Shown in pieces: positions 11,687 to 24,299 of a DNA stretch of 64,000 nucleotides. Origin of the DNA: Hydrolagus colliei. Taxonomy: Eukaryota. The notes beneath the pieces were generated by a model that had not been told where the DNA came from, ran no database searches, and saw only the letters and a program-made list of their open reading frames with translations. The stretch is taken from NCBI GenBank assembly GCA_035084275.1, contig CM068771.1:1488001-1552000 (forward strand), written 5' to 3'. Both the position numbers and the translations under genes were made by a program. Position 1 is the first letter of the stretch. The number at the start of each line of letters is the position of its first letter.

Positions 11687-12889
11687 TATTAAATTAAACT
11701 CGTCCCCCAGTTTGGTTCATTTTCATAATAATAGTCATCTTATCAGAAAGACATGATATGGCGCTCCATTTAATGCAAGGATAATTATTTAAAATAAGCA
11801 AATATACGTCAAAGGGATGTAACATGTGTGTGTTGTTAATGGCAAACAGGCTTGGTGGCTGAAAGGGGGAATGGAAATTCCGTGTTAATGTGAAGGGGGC
11901 TGTGTGGGGTGTGCCAGCATGTACGGTATTAATGGGGTTTGTGAGGTTAACAAAACAACTCAACAACAACAATTTATGGAGCGCACTTTATGTGTGATAG
12001 CATTGTGTGGCAGTGGTGCAGGATGCTACCACAGATGAAATGCACTATGGAGGAGTCTGAGTTTGGTTTCCGTTCAGTAACTGGGAGCAGGTGGACCCTG
12101 GTGAGGACTGGTGTCATGGGGATACAGTGTTTTTGATATGAACTGCCCTTTTTTGTCCACCTCTCAGCATGAAATATCTGAAGCCTTTGTTCAGAATGAA
12201 AGCCAGGAAGAGAGAGCCAGTGAGGAAGAAAAGCAAGGAAGTAAACAGCTAAATGTTAAACAAACTTTACATTCCAACAAGGAAACCGGTCATTTGGTCC
12301 AGCTAGACCATCCCGGTATTATTAGTCAATATTCACTTTACAGTATATTTTGTGAAGCGCTTTGAGACTTCGATAAGATGTGAAAAACGCTATATCAAAT
12401 GCAAGGATTATTATTATTTTCCCATAGTAACTACAACAACAATAAATTACATTTGTGTAGCTCCTTTGATACTTGTGATATTTATCTAATACCCGTGTCC
12501 CCTGGTTTCACTCTGAAGTGGCCTGGTTCTAATTTTATTTTGTTTTAGATTCCCCACCAGATAAAATAGCTTCTCTGTATCTACCCAATCAATTCCTTTT
12601 ATCATCTTAAATATGTTGAACCTCCCACCTTCTAATTCAGAGGTGAGAGTGAGACATACAGAGCCAGACTGATGCACAATAACAATATTCATAGGTTCTT
12701 CTTTTCAGGATTCTGTGTACACTTCAATTCTCAATCCTGCTGTTTTTATTTACTCTACAGGGGTCCGAAAACCTGTGTTTTGTTTGCCTTCAGGTGACTG
12801 TCCCTTTAAAGAGCTGTTCTGTGAGCCTCACCCAAGCAGACACTTCAAGGCAAAGAGCAAGTCAGAAACAGCAAAGAGCGGATGGTAAA

Positions 12890-13210
12890 ATGGCGTCGGT
12901 AAAGGAACTAGAGAACAAGAGAAATGAATCCACTTGTTGAATCTGTCTGGAGTTTTACACGGATCTGGTGACTATAGATTGTGGGCACAACTACTGTGTG
13001 TGTCCTGTCCACAGTGCAGGCAGCAGATTCCCCAGCGGATTATTAGGCCCAACAGAATTCTTTCTAACATGGTGGAGAGTGTTCGGAGACTGAGCCTGAA
13101 TCCGTGATTGGAAGAGGTGGGAATCCAGTGTGAAGAACATGAGGAGAAGCTGAAACTGTATTTGCAAAACCGATCAAGTAGCGATCTGTGTGGTCTGTGT
13201 GATGTCCCTT
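12890..13210 (+). pseudogene. TRIM pseudogene B, RING/B-box remnant
   Basis: ATGGCG; MASVKELENKRNESTC*ICLEFYTDLVTIDCGHNYC...CPQCRQQIPQRIIRPNRILSNMVES...CEEHEEKLKL...TDQVAICVVC, with stops, a deletion and a frameshift. Confidence 0.85.
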
Positions 13211-13415
13211 GATCTCCTCATCCTCTCAATAAGATCATTGGGAGCTCGGCCACCTCAGCCCTGCGATGAGCCCCGTGTCACAGCCAGACATTACTGTTGT
13301 CCCTGGTGTAACCTGAGACACACAGAGCAGAAATCCAAACTTCACTGAATGAACCAGTGAAATATGTCAACCATTCACCACTCGAGCACCAACATGTCAA
13401 CATTCTCTGTTTCAT

Positions 13416-13895
13416 CTCCAGCCTCTGTGACTCTGGATCCTAACACAGCCCATCCCTGGCTCATCCTCTCAGGACTGGACTCGAGTGAAATACAGTGACA
13501 GAGATCAGCAGGTTCCTGACGGACCGGAGAGGTGACCCACTGTCCTGGGGTCTGAGGGGTTCACATCAGGGAGACATTACTGGGAGGTGGGGGTGGGGAA
13601 CAACACATACTGTATAGTGGGGGTGGTCCAAGAGTCTGTGCCCAGGAAGGTAGGTTTCATACATGACCCCGAGACTGGAGTCGGCTGTGAGGCTGTACAA
13701 TGGGAAATCTAAAGCTCTAACCTCACATCCTATCCCATCCTCCCCCTGAGTGTGAGACCCCAAGTACTGGGCGTGTACCTGGACTATGAGGGAGGACAGG
13801 TGTTGCTGTATGATGCTGACCACATGTGTCTTCACTTTCACCCACAGGTTCACTAAGAAACTCTTCTACACTGTGTGACACTGACCAGCTGACAG
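13416..13895 (+). pseudogene. TRIM pseudogene B, PRY/SPRY exon remnant
   Basis: Paralogous to 6641-7155. The acceptor AG is mutated to AT (tttcat|ctcc), and there are internal deletions and frameshifts. Confidence 0.88.
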
Positions 13896-14499
13896 GGGTG
13901 AGGGTGACTAATCAGAGAGAGGGTACGGGGGTTACTGGGCGGAGTGAGGGATGAGGGTGACCAATTGGAGGAAGGGTACAGGACCTGAGCAGGTGGGGAA
14001 GGGTCAGTATAGGGGCAGGGGACAGAGAGTAGGAAGTGTATGGGTGGTGGGAGTGGAAGGCTCCTGCAGCTCAGCGGTTAGAGCAACTCCAAATAATGGA
14101 GTTGGAGGAACATAGAAACAGAAGGAGGCCTTTCAGCCCCTCCACCTCTACCGCCCATTTTATAAGATCATGATTGACCTTGACTTCAAGTCCAGTTACC
14201 CCACTTTGCCCCATATCCTCTGAATCCATTGAACTAACAAACATTCATCCACCTCAGTCATGAAATTGCCAATGGATCGAGCCATAATCCACAGCTTTTT
14301 GGTGGAAGATAATTCCAGATTCCCACAAACATTTGGGTGATAAACTTTCTCCTATTTTTACTCCTAATTGGCCTGGCTTTAACTTTAAAATGATTCCCCG
14401 TCATGCTCCAGGGGATGCAATTTCTCTGTATCTACTCTATTGAATTGCTTTATAATTTTTAAATCCTGAATTAGATAACTTATCCTTCTAAATTCAGGG

Positions 14500-15065
14500 G
14501 ACCAGAGAGCAGGATATTGCAATATGCCCTCATAATTCAACCTGTTAAACCCTGCCGTGAAAGGCGCTCTACAAATGTAATTACATATTGTATTGGTATA
14601 ACAATAAACAGACAAATGTACAATCTCTCTGCGTCACATGTGAGCTATGATGTCAGGAATAACTGATGAGATTCAAGACACGACACAGAATGAGGAATAG
14701 ATACAGGAGCCATCTATATTGACATACCACTGTTAGTATCAAGACTATACAAATAAAATACATAATCCTTGTATTACTAAAATTAGGGAAACTCAGCAGG
14801 TTTATGCATCTTGTCCTCATAATTTAAACCAGTTAAGGCCTAGGATATTCTGATGTGAAAGGCGCTATACAAATGTAATTATGTATTGTATTGGTATTAC
14901 AATAAAACAGACAATGTACAATCTTTGTGAGCTGTGATATCAGCATTAACTGATGAGATATGAGACACGACACAGAATGAGGAACAGATACAGGAGCTGT
15001 CTGGATGGAGACACCAAAGTTAGTATCAGACTATATCAATAAAATAAATAATCCTTGTATTTCAT
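14500..15065 (+). repeat. About 300-bp direct tandem duplication, each unit with AATAAA
   Basis: gtgaaaggcgct(c/a)tacaaatgtaatta...aataaa...gagacacgacacagaatgagg occurs near 14558 and again near 14862. Confidence 0.75.
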
Positions 15066-15723
15066 ATTTCATGTAGTGTTTTTCACATCTTCTGGATGTA
15101 TCAAAGTGCTTCATAAAATACACTAAAGTTAATTTATGTCAATTTGTGGGTGAAATGTGGCAGCCAATTGGAATAGAGGAGTGTCACAAACAGTCATGGA
15201 CTATAGAGGTACTGTATTACAATTGTATCAGATTGTATAGAGGCGCTCATTGTTAGATATCAGTGTTAATATCCAACAATATAGAGATGTATATCAATGT
15301 TAAAATGATAATACCATATAGGCGCACACAAACTCAGACCAAGACATGCAAACATATACTGTATGCACAAATATGCACTGTGATAGACACATACAAAAAA
15401 AAATAGACTCGCATAAACAGACATGCAAATATATACAAATACAGGTACACAAGCACAACAACAACAATTATATCTGCGGTGCCTTTCAAATCGAGAGAAC
15501 ATTTAAAGGTGCTGGACAGTCAGTGTTTCGGATCCGAGCTGGGTTTGGGATTGAGGTGCGTGGAAGCAAGGAAGAGAGGGCAGATGGGTTAACTGACGGC
15601 ATGGTCAAAGAGGAGTGTCTTCAGGCAGGACTTGAAGGTGGCTAGGGAGGGACAAGGATTGACAGTGAGCACAAACACACACACAGATGTACAAACACAC
15701 ATAGATACATAAACATGCAAATA

Positions 15724-16870
15724 CAATAAAAGCCCGTTTATCTGTGACCCGATCAACTGTAACTTCCATATAAGCTCAAATAAAGGTCCCCATTCAAATA
15801 ACCGGATCTTACCTGGCACAATTGCTGTGGCATATTCATTGAGTCAATGGTCACAGAGAGTCCAGTACGATTAGTTCTGAATGCTGCCGTTAATGGCACT
15901 TCCGGTTTTTCCTCTTAAAACGGCACTGTCGGTTTTTCCCCTCTTCTTTATCTTTCTATCTCTCCCTTACCTCCCTTTCTCTGTCTCTTCCATTTCTTTC
16001 TATCTCTTTCTTTCTGTCTTTCTTTCTCGCTTTCTCCTTTTTTTCTCTCGTTCTCTTGTTCGTTCTTTGTCTCTCTCTCTCTCTCGTTCTTTCTTTCTCT
16101 CGTTCTTTCTTTCTCTCGTTCTCTCTCTCTCTCTTCTTTACTTTTGTTTTCTCTATCTCTCTCTATGACAGTTACTATATGATGCCTGTGTAGCCTGATG
16201 CGTAGGTTCATACACTTTTTTGATGGTGGAGAAGGAGAGATAGGAAGGGAGAGAGAGGGTGGGGGAGGAAAGAGGGATGGGAGAAAGAGAGAGGAGGGGA
16301 GAGAGAGGTGGGGGAGATGAGGGGAGAGAGAGGGAGATGAGTTGATTAATTTAGATGGAAAATGAGAGGAGTGGAGGGGGTTTCGAGCCATTGAGATGCC
16401 AGATTGACTTGNNNNNNNNNNNNNNNNNNNNNNNNNNNNNNNNNNNNNNNNNNNNNNNNNNNNNNNNNNNNNNNNNNNNNNNNNNNNNNNNNNNNNNNNN
16501 NNNNNNNNNNNNNNNNNNNNNNNNNNNNNNNNNNNNNNNNNNNNNNNNNNNNNNNNNNNNNNNNNNNNNNNNNNNNNNNNNNNNNNNNNNNNNNNNNNNN
16601 NNNNNNNNNNNNNNNNNNNNNNNNNNNNNNNNNNNNTGCCACTTTAGGAGGAAAAAACTCTTCCGTACATCATTGTAGAAGATTGCTTTGGGATTGTGTG
16701 CAGTTGATTACAGACTAGTCCATATTTATTGCTTTATTGGTAAGTATCTGTACAATATTTTATTATTATTTAGTCTATCATTAATATGGTATGTTTAAAA
16801 AAAAGTTTTTTTTAATGTTTAACCGGCAATGGCGGGGTCCCGAGGGTGCCGGATAAATGGGCTTTTACTA
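15724..16870. mobile_element. Tigger/pogo-like DNA transposon remnant with internal CT/GA microsatellites and a gap
   Basis: TA|CAATAAAAGCCCGTTTATCTG ... CGGATAAATGGGCTTTTACTA|TA: inverted termini (17/21) with TA flanks. Confidence 0.6.
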
Positions 16871-17129
16871 TAATAATATTAATAATTTTGACCAAATATA
16901 ATTCTATTGTTGTGTATTTGTGTATCTGTGTGCATTTGCATGTCTATTTACGTGAGTCTATATGTCTTTTTGTATTTGTATGCATCTGTCACTGTGCTTA
17001 TTAGTGTATGTGAGTTTGCGTGTCTTTATGTTCTCTGTGAATTTGTGTGTGCCTCTATGATGACATTATAATTTTAACAGTGACATCTCTATATCATCAG
17101 AAATTAATACTGACACCTCCATATACCCC

Positions 17130-17568
17130 AGTCCTTGCCCCAGCCTCCACTGGCTCCCTGTCTCCGAGAGGATCAATTTGAGGATCCTCAACCTTGTCTT
17201 CAAATCCTTCCACTCCTCTGCACCCCCTTACCTCTCTGAACTCCTCTCTCCTCAAACCAGCACCCATTGCCTTTGCTCAACTGGGTCTGGCCGCCTCATG
17301 TCCCCCGAATCCTCCATTCCACCCTTGGCGACCGTGCCTTCACTATGCCCCGAGGTTCTGGAATTCCCTTCCTCACTCCCTTCACTTCGTCCCCTCTTTT
17401 CCCAGTTTCAGGTCCCAACTCAAGACCTTTCTCTTCGACCATGGCTTTGGTCACCTTTCTACCCATGCCCCCGGCTTGGCCTCGGGATCCGATATTGTTA
17501 AGCGCTCTGAGACGCCATCTGGCATAGAGGGTGCTATATAGATCGAAGTTGTTGTTGTTGTTGTTGTC
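17130..17568 (+). mobile_element. L2-clade LINE 3' fragment
   Basis: LHWLP..RI.FKIL-type RT C-terminus, then tail aagcgctctgagacgccatctggcatagagggtgctatatag(ttg)n. Confidence 0.8.
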
Positions 17569-17980
17569 TGATATTAACATTGAACATCTCTTTCCAGTCT
17601 GATATAATAGTATAACCTCTATTCCAATTGGCTGCCACATTTCACCCACAAATTCATAGTAATTAACTTTACAGTATATTTTGTGAAGCACTTTGATACA
17701 TATAGAAGTTGCGAAAAGCTCTATATGAAATACAATGATTATGTGTTTTATTTAGATAGTCTGATACTAACAGTGGCATCTCATTATAGACAGCTCCTGT
17801 ATCTGTTCCTCATTGTGTCTCACATCTCATCACAATTAATCCTGACATCGTAGCTCACACGTCACACAGAGAGATTGTCTTGCTTTATTGTAATAACATT
17901 ACAATAAGTAATTACATCTGTAGAGCATCTTTCATGTCAGGGTTTAACACGTTAAATTATGAGGACAGGTGGCATAAACC

Positions 17981-18263
17981 GCTCCTGTGCCTCAGTGGTT
18001 AGAGCACTTGTCTTGCAAGCTGGAGAGACCAAGCTGGGGAGACCTGTGTTCGAATCCAGGTAGGTCAGGGCAAAACCTTCGGCAAATTTCCTTCCTCTGT
18101 GATTTCATTCCACGACTGTGTGTGGGACACTGCTGTGTGTAATTGGCTGCGACAATTTGCCCACAAATATATACAGTCAATTCACTTCACAGTATATTCT
18201 GTGAAGCGCTTTGGGATGTTGATAAGATGTGGAAGGCGCTATATCAAATGCAAGGATTATTAT
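17981..18263 (+). mobile_element. tRNA-derived SINE, full length
   Basis: A box (ctcagtggttagagc), B box (gttcgaatcc), core and tail; flanked by an ataaacc repeat. Confidence 0.85.
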
Positions 18264-18758
18264 AAACCTGCTCTCCATTCCCCTAAGGTTAGAAGCATGA
18301 GGGGTGAATTAATTGATGATTTTAAAATTATATAATGATTCAATAGTGTAGATACAGAGAAACTGTATCCTCTGGAGAATGAGGGGGAATCATCTGAAAC
18401 AAAAAGCCAGGCTATTTAGGAGTAAAACTAGTGGACAGTTTATCACCCAAATTTTAGTGGGAATCTGGAATTCTCTTCCCCTAAAAGACTGTGGATTATG
18501 GCTGGATACATTCACAATTTAGAGACTGAGGTTTAATAATTTTGGTAGTTTGGGGGATTAATGGGATATGGGGCAAAAGCAAGGTAACTGGTCTTGAGAT
18601 ACAGGTCAGTCATGATGGTATAGAATGTGTGGAACAGGCTGAAGGGGTTGAATGGCCTCTTCCTGTTTCTATGTTCCTATGTCACCTCCACTATCTGCCC
18701 AGTAACCACTGTACCCTCTCTCTGGTTGGTCACCCTCACCCCTGCCAGCTGGTCAGTG

Positions 18759-19264
18759 TCAGGCCTGTTGACACCATGTCAAGAAGCAAGGGTAGAGTTT
18801 CTCAGTGAACGTGTGGGTGAAAGTGAAGAGATGAGCCATGTGGTCAGCGTCGTACAGTGACACTTGTCCTCCCTCATAATCCAGGTACACGCCCAGCACC
18901 CGGGGACTCACACTCAGGGGGAGGGGGGTAGGAGGTGAGGATAGAGCTTCATATTTTGCATTATACAACCACACCGCCCAGACTCCAGTCTTAGAACCAG
19001 GTGTGAATCCCCCCGTCCTGGACGCAGACTCTCGGGCCACCCCCACTATATAGCGTGTGTTGTTCCCCACCCCCACCTCCCAGTAATGTCTTCCTGATGT
19101 GAACCCCTGAGACCCCTCAGACCCTAACTGGGGCCAGCTAAATGAACACTTCATCAAGTTAGCATCCTGCTGCTCCCTGTCATCGTATTTCAGTCGGGTC
19201 CGCTCCTCAGCCCGGATGAACTTGGGACGGGCTGTGTTAGGATCCAGAGTCACAGAGGCTGGAG
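18759..19264 (-). CDS. Intact TRIM-derived PRY/SPRY exon; candidate last exon of the stonustoxin-like gene
   Basis: tttcag|CTCCAGCC acceptor (phase 1), open for 168 codons: [15 protein letters not shown]...GRHYWEVGV...[17 protein letters not shown]...EKLYPCFLTWCQQA*. No TRIM coiled-coil or linker exons were found between it and the toxin-like ORF. Confidence 0.75.
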
Positions 19265-19370
19265 CTGAAACAGAGAATGTTGACATGTTGGTGCTCGAGT
19301 GGTGAATGGTTGACATATTTCACTGGCTCATTCAGTGACGTTTGGATTTCTGCTCTTTGTGTCTCAGATA

Positions 19371-19548
19371 AAAGGGAATTAGATCTTTATTTAGGGAGAA
19401 CAGGTCTATTAGGCTATGGGGAGCGGGCAGGGCAGTGGGATTGAATCACTCTTTTCAAAGAGCCGGCACAGACTAGATGGGCCGAATGGCCTCCTTTTGT
19501 GCCGTAATATTCTATGAATCTATGAATCTATGAATTATACCAGGAACA
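19371..19548 (+). mobile_element. CR1 3' tail inserted in the TRIM-derived intron
   Basis: aaagggaattagatctttatttaggg...(ctatgaat)n. TRIM-intron homology resumes on both sides. Confidence 0.85.
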
Positions 19549-21414
19549 CCTTTAATATCTGGCTATGACCTAGAGCCATATCAACACAGGGCTGAGGTGG
19601 GCTGAGCTCCCAATGATCTTATTGATTATACCTGGCTGAGGGGATGAGGAGAGAGAACAAGTGACAAAGCGAGTTCCAAAGCCTTGGGGCAGAGTGGCAG
19701 AAGGCATTGCCACCAATGGTGAAGCGGAGGATTCGGGGTACAATTAGGAGGCCAGACCTGGTGGAGCGAAAGCAACTATATTATTGTCATTACTGTACTT
19801 CCTCTCTGTTTATACTTACCCTATCCAATTCCTCTACCCTCTCCTCCAATATTGTGGTATGGTTGTATCCTCTTTTGTGAAGACAGAGCGAAGTACTCAT
19901 ACAAAGTAATCGTTCAGTGCATCAGCCATGCCATCTGCCTCCATAATAAGATTTCCACCTCGGTCCCTAATTGGCCCCACCCTTACTTTAACTAACTTTC
20001 TATTCTTGATTATGTAAATACTTGTAAATTACCTTAGGGTTTCCTTTAATGTTATATGTTACTCTTTTCTAAAACAATATAATCATGTTGCCCTCCTTAT
20101 TTCCTTTTTCAGTTCTCCTCTGCACCTCTTATATTCTGTTTGGTTGTCTGCTGAATTTTGGACCTGGCATTTGTCATCAGCCTCCTTTTTCTGTTTTATT
20201 TAATTCCCAATTTCCTGCGTCATTCAGGGAGGTTCCGATGCCCTTCTTTTTCTCTTTGTGGGAATGTATTTGTTCTGTCTGTGAACTACAACAACAACAA
20301 CTTCGATTTATATAGCGCCCTCCACACCGGATGGTGTCTCAGAGCACTATCCGCTACTTGAAGACTTCCCATTGCTCTTTAAATGTTTTACCTGCCAATC
20401 TTTCTTTCCAGTTCCCCTTGGCTATGGTTCTTTTTAAAGCACTGAAATTAGCCTTCTTCTAATTGGGTATCTTCAAGTTTGATCGTTTCTTGTCGCTTTC
20501 CATAAATACTCTGAATCTAATTATGTTGTGATTAATATTACCCAGATGAGGCTAGATTATTGAGGCTAGAGGGTTGCAGTGTCCCTAGCAGATAGGTAAG
20601 GTGCTGCTCCCTGATCTTGCACTGCGGTTCATTGAAACAGATTAGAAGACCTTGGATGAAGAGGTCATACTGCGAGTGGGAAGGAGAGTTGAAATGGCAA
20701 GAAACTGGTAGGTAATTGTTGTACTTGCTGAACTATCTCTGTATATTGCTCTGAACATCTCATCATCCGGTCCCTTTTATTCCACTACCCATACCATATG
20801 TCTAACTCGATGGAAATGTGTACATTACCCTAATCCTGATCTTGTATTTCATTCCCCATACCACAATCCTGATTTTGAAGACTCTGCTTAAACTAGCTTG
20901 TACATTAAAGATTGATATGAATTGATACAAATTTGATTTTAGATCTAGTGTTGAATTAATAACTGAATGGCTTCATTCTACACTGTAGCTCCCAATGTTT
21001 CTATGAACATAAGCAATTTATTTGCCTTCCTCTCCTTATATTCAAAATACTTTAAAGTGAGTATATGAAAGATTGTGTTGAGAGTCTCTGTTATTTCGCC
21101 TCTGACCACCCACACAATTTTATAAGGCATGTTTTTCTCTTATCTCTCTTTGATTATCGAGGTAATTTATTGTAATTGCAAGCTTTTTCTGGTCATCACT
21201 CCAATTTGGTTACAGAATCTCCTCCCGAATCCCATTTTCATCACTTTAGGTGTCAATGATAAAACCCCCAAAGTTGATCAGTAGTCTTGCTGATACTTTA
21301 TGTTTAATACTATCATCACATTATCCTTTTAAATTACAATTACATTATCCTAATGATGTAAGTTGTAGTAGAATCTTGATTAAAAACTTCATGCTCACAT
21401 TATTCCTACCTCTC

Positions 21415-24299
21415 TCATTTACCTTTTTGAAGAATTTCTGTCAAACTTTTTGTTTTCATCTTGCTCAGATCTGCAAAGAGTTGTTTCATACTGTTAAAGT
21501 TGTCGTCCTTTCTATCACTGTCACTACAATTGGTGGTGTCTCCAGAGGTTACGGTGTGGCTGAACATAGCTGAAGTGTTAAATCTAAAGTGAAATGGCAA
21601 CTTGTCAACTTTGGGACACGGCAATTGAGCTTGGATGATGGCCTTGAGAACAGCAGGATCCTGTCCATCTGCGAAGGTGACCAGCACACGGATGTTCTCA
21701 GTAATATCTTTGCTAAACATGGAAATCAATGAATTAAATTGACATTCCTGTCCAGATGTTAATTGCACTAAATTGGCTTGGACAACAAGGCACAAGGCAT
21801 CGAGTTGTTTTACACCTTTTTGAGAAGAAAATAGATCTTTAATCTGATAATGGAGCTTGCAACATCTGATGTATTCGGGGATGCGTTTATTTTGTAATGT
21901 GTGTCCAAATCTGAGGATGTCTACTATAGTCAGAGTGAAAGGAATCGCGAATCCCTCTTGGTGGTTGATTTCGTAGATAACGAATGAAGGTATATCAGCA
22001 TGGGAGCTGTTTGTTTCTTCTTCCATCAATTTATAACGGAAAGTGTCCCCCTGCTCCACGCCGAGGACATAGTTCATCATGTCATTGATAAGGTTCTTTT
22101 TTCCAAATCCTCTTTCTCCAAGAAGCAAGATTGTCTTCGCATTGTGTGTGGGTGAGTGGCTTCCAAGGCTGTATTTTATAACCTGTCCATTCTTACCAAG
22201 TTTCTCTGTGTTTAAAGGGAGCTTGTATATAGCGTACTTGCTTGTTAACAAAGTGCTTCCTATGAGAGGTATTCGGACCGGTGACTTTGGTGTGTTGTCT
22301 ATTGTTATTGAAGCCAGGTGACTGGGTGCACTCTCCACCTGTCCACACACAGCAGAAACTCTCATTGTGTAAGTTGTGCTGGGTTTGAGCTCCTTCAACA
22401 AGTAAAGAGTTTCATTGCCTTTCGTCCTGAGCTTTTCCCATGTGTTGGCCTCAGGTGTGGAGATGACGTTCATGGTTTGTCTATATTCTAATTTGTAGTA
22501 ATCTATACTGACTCCATGTCCAATCTTCGTAGGTCTTTCCCAGGAGACTTCCACTTCAAAACCCTTTACCTGGCATATTGATACATTCTCAGGTGCACTT
22601 GTGGGTAGGGTAGTCACAATCACAATATTGCTGGGTGGGCTACACCCTACTCTATATTGGAGCAGATATTCCTCGAATGTAGATAAATCAGTTATGGTGC
22701 AGATATTTGATTCTACCTCTGTTTTAAGAGTTGTCCTTTCTTCTATCTGGGTGCTGCGGTATTCCACCCAGTACCGGCCAGACTTTTCATTGCCAGAGTT
22801 TAGTGCCTGTAACCGCAGTGTTATACTGTTATGTGTCTTTCCTTCAACTGATGGTGCCTGGGGTTGTGCTGGAGGCTTGAAGCACTGGCTCACCAACACT
22901 CCTTCTTCGTACAAGTATATGGAAGCTCCCACATGCTCTTTCTCTGGCATAGAAGCAACAATGAACTTAGTATTTTTATCTTCTTTGTTGGATGTGTAAA
23001 ACTTGGTGAATAATTTTGTCTGCTCCCACATTTTACTGTGCACGGTGTCTGAGTGGAACCATTGCTTCTGATCTGAAGTTGGAATCTGGGTCTTCTCAGT
23101 GGTTTCATGTTGAAGATAATTGGTCATTTCTAACAGATACAAATCATCCTGATGCAGTGATGTGAACATAAAGCAGACCACATACTTTGTGGTCAGATCA
23201 TATATCTCACTATCGATCTCCCCGCGTGATTTTAACATTTTTATGCCATTCATTTTGCTGATGTAACCTCTGACCAGTGACATCTCCTTGTTCTTATCAT
23301 CCATCCATTGTGTGAGTGACTGCTGTCTGAATGGGGATTGTTGGATCTTCTTCAGAATATCCACCAGTTTACCTTCTTCCTCCCCACCTCCTCGTATGTT
23401 CGGCAACACTCTGGACAAGTCCTTCTGGAAACCATCTTTGTGCTCCATGCACATTGCTCTGAATCTCCGGATCTTTTTCGTTATCTCTGGACATTGATCA
23501 CTGACAGGGTCTTTCATCATATCATTGCACCTCATCTCAACCTCATTGAAATGCTCCAGAACAGCCTGAGACCGATTGACCAGATTTATACTGATGTCCC
23601 GTATAAGCTGAGCTGCTTTTTGGTCAAGGGCATTGAGTGGATAGAGCCAGGCTTTCACAGGCACGGCTTGTTTTCCATCCTCCCCCAATAGCAGCGGTAG
23701 AGTTGCGTAAACGTTCATAGCATCTTCGTATGTGGTGGGATTGTTTGGCATAGCAAAATCGCCATAGAAAGTGCAGCTAAATTTCTGGGTATTTACTTTC
23801 ACTTCCTTTTTCATATTCAGTGAAGCTTCGCCCTGGATTCCAACCTCTGGTATGATTTTAATTGAAACTTCCATTGTACCCTGAACATCTGTTACTGTCT
23901 CTGAAGAAGAGACTTCTCGATCAAACACAAAGAATGCCTGAGCGCCATACAGCACTGCTGTCACCACGTGGGTAGCTGAGCCCTGTTCAAACATATCAGG
24001 GTAAGATACATTCTGTCGCCCCAAGTGGGTCATTGTCAATTGCTCAAATGTTGTTGTGGTGGAATATTGGAGGGTCACACGGGCCTGCTGCTCAGATTTC
24101 TTTCTGTCATTGAGAAACTTGGCAGAACCGCCCACATCGACCAATCCACCCAGAAAGCTCCCCTTCAATGTCGCTGTGACATTCAGGGCTTTAGCTTTGT
24201 CCTCAATACAGTCTGAGGCCATTACGTGAAACTCAGTATTCGGCTGTGGTCTCACATACACGTTCTTGCTCAATGTGTCGAGGTCCCACAGTGTGACAC
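21415..24299 (-). CDS. Stonustoxin/verrucotoxin-like protein, large exon (MACPF-like, helical, thioredoxin-like, 2x FN3, degenerate GTPase)
   Basis: ttttccag|GTGTCACA acceptor. SNTX motifs: SFLGGLVDVGGSAKFL, ARVTLQY, ATHVVTAVLYGAQAFFVFD, FSCTFYGDF, PVKAWLYPL, VVCFMFTSL, GASIYLYEEG. Then two FN3 repeats and KTILLLGERGFGKKNLIN...LTIVD...LDALCLVVQA...VLVTFAD. Confidence 0.93.

Noticed and set aside
12168-12240. Purine-rich stretch with acceptor- and donor-like ends
   Set aside because: Weak donor (GAA|GTAAAC) and no recognisable product; at most a UTR exon, and unsupported.
15940-16370. Adjacent CT-rich and GA-rich tracts that could fold back
   Set aside because: Complementarity is only compositional, and the tracts abut an N-gap, so the structure cannot be assessed.
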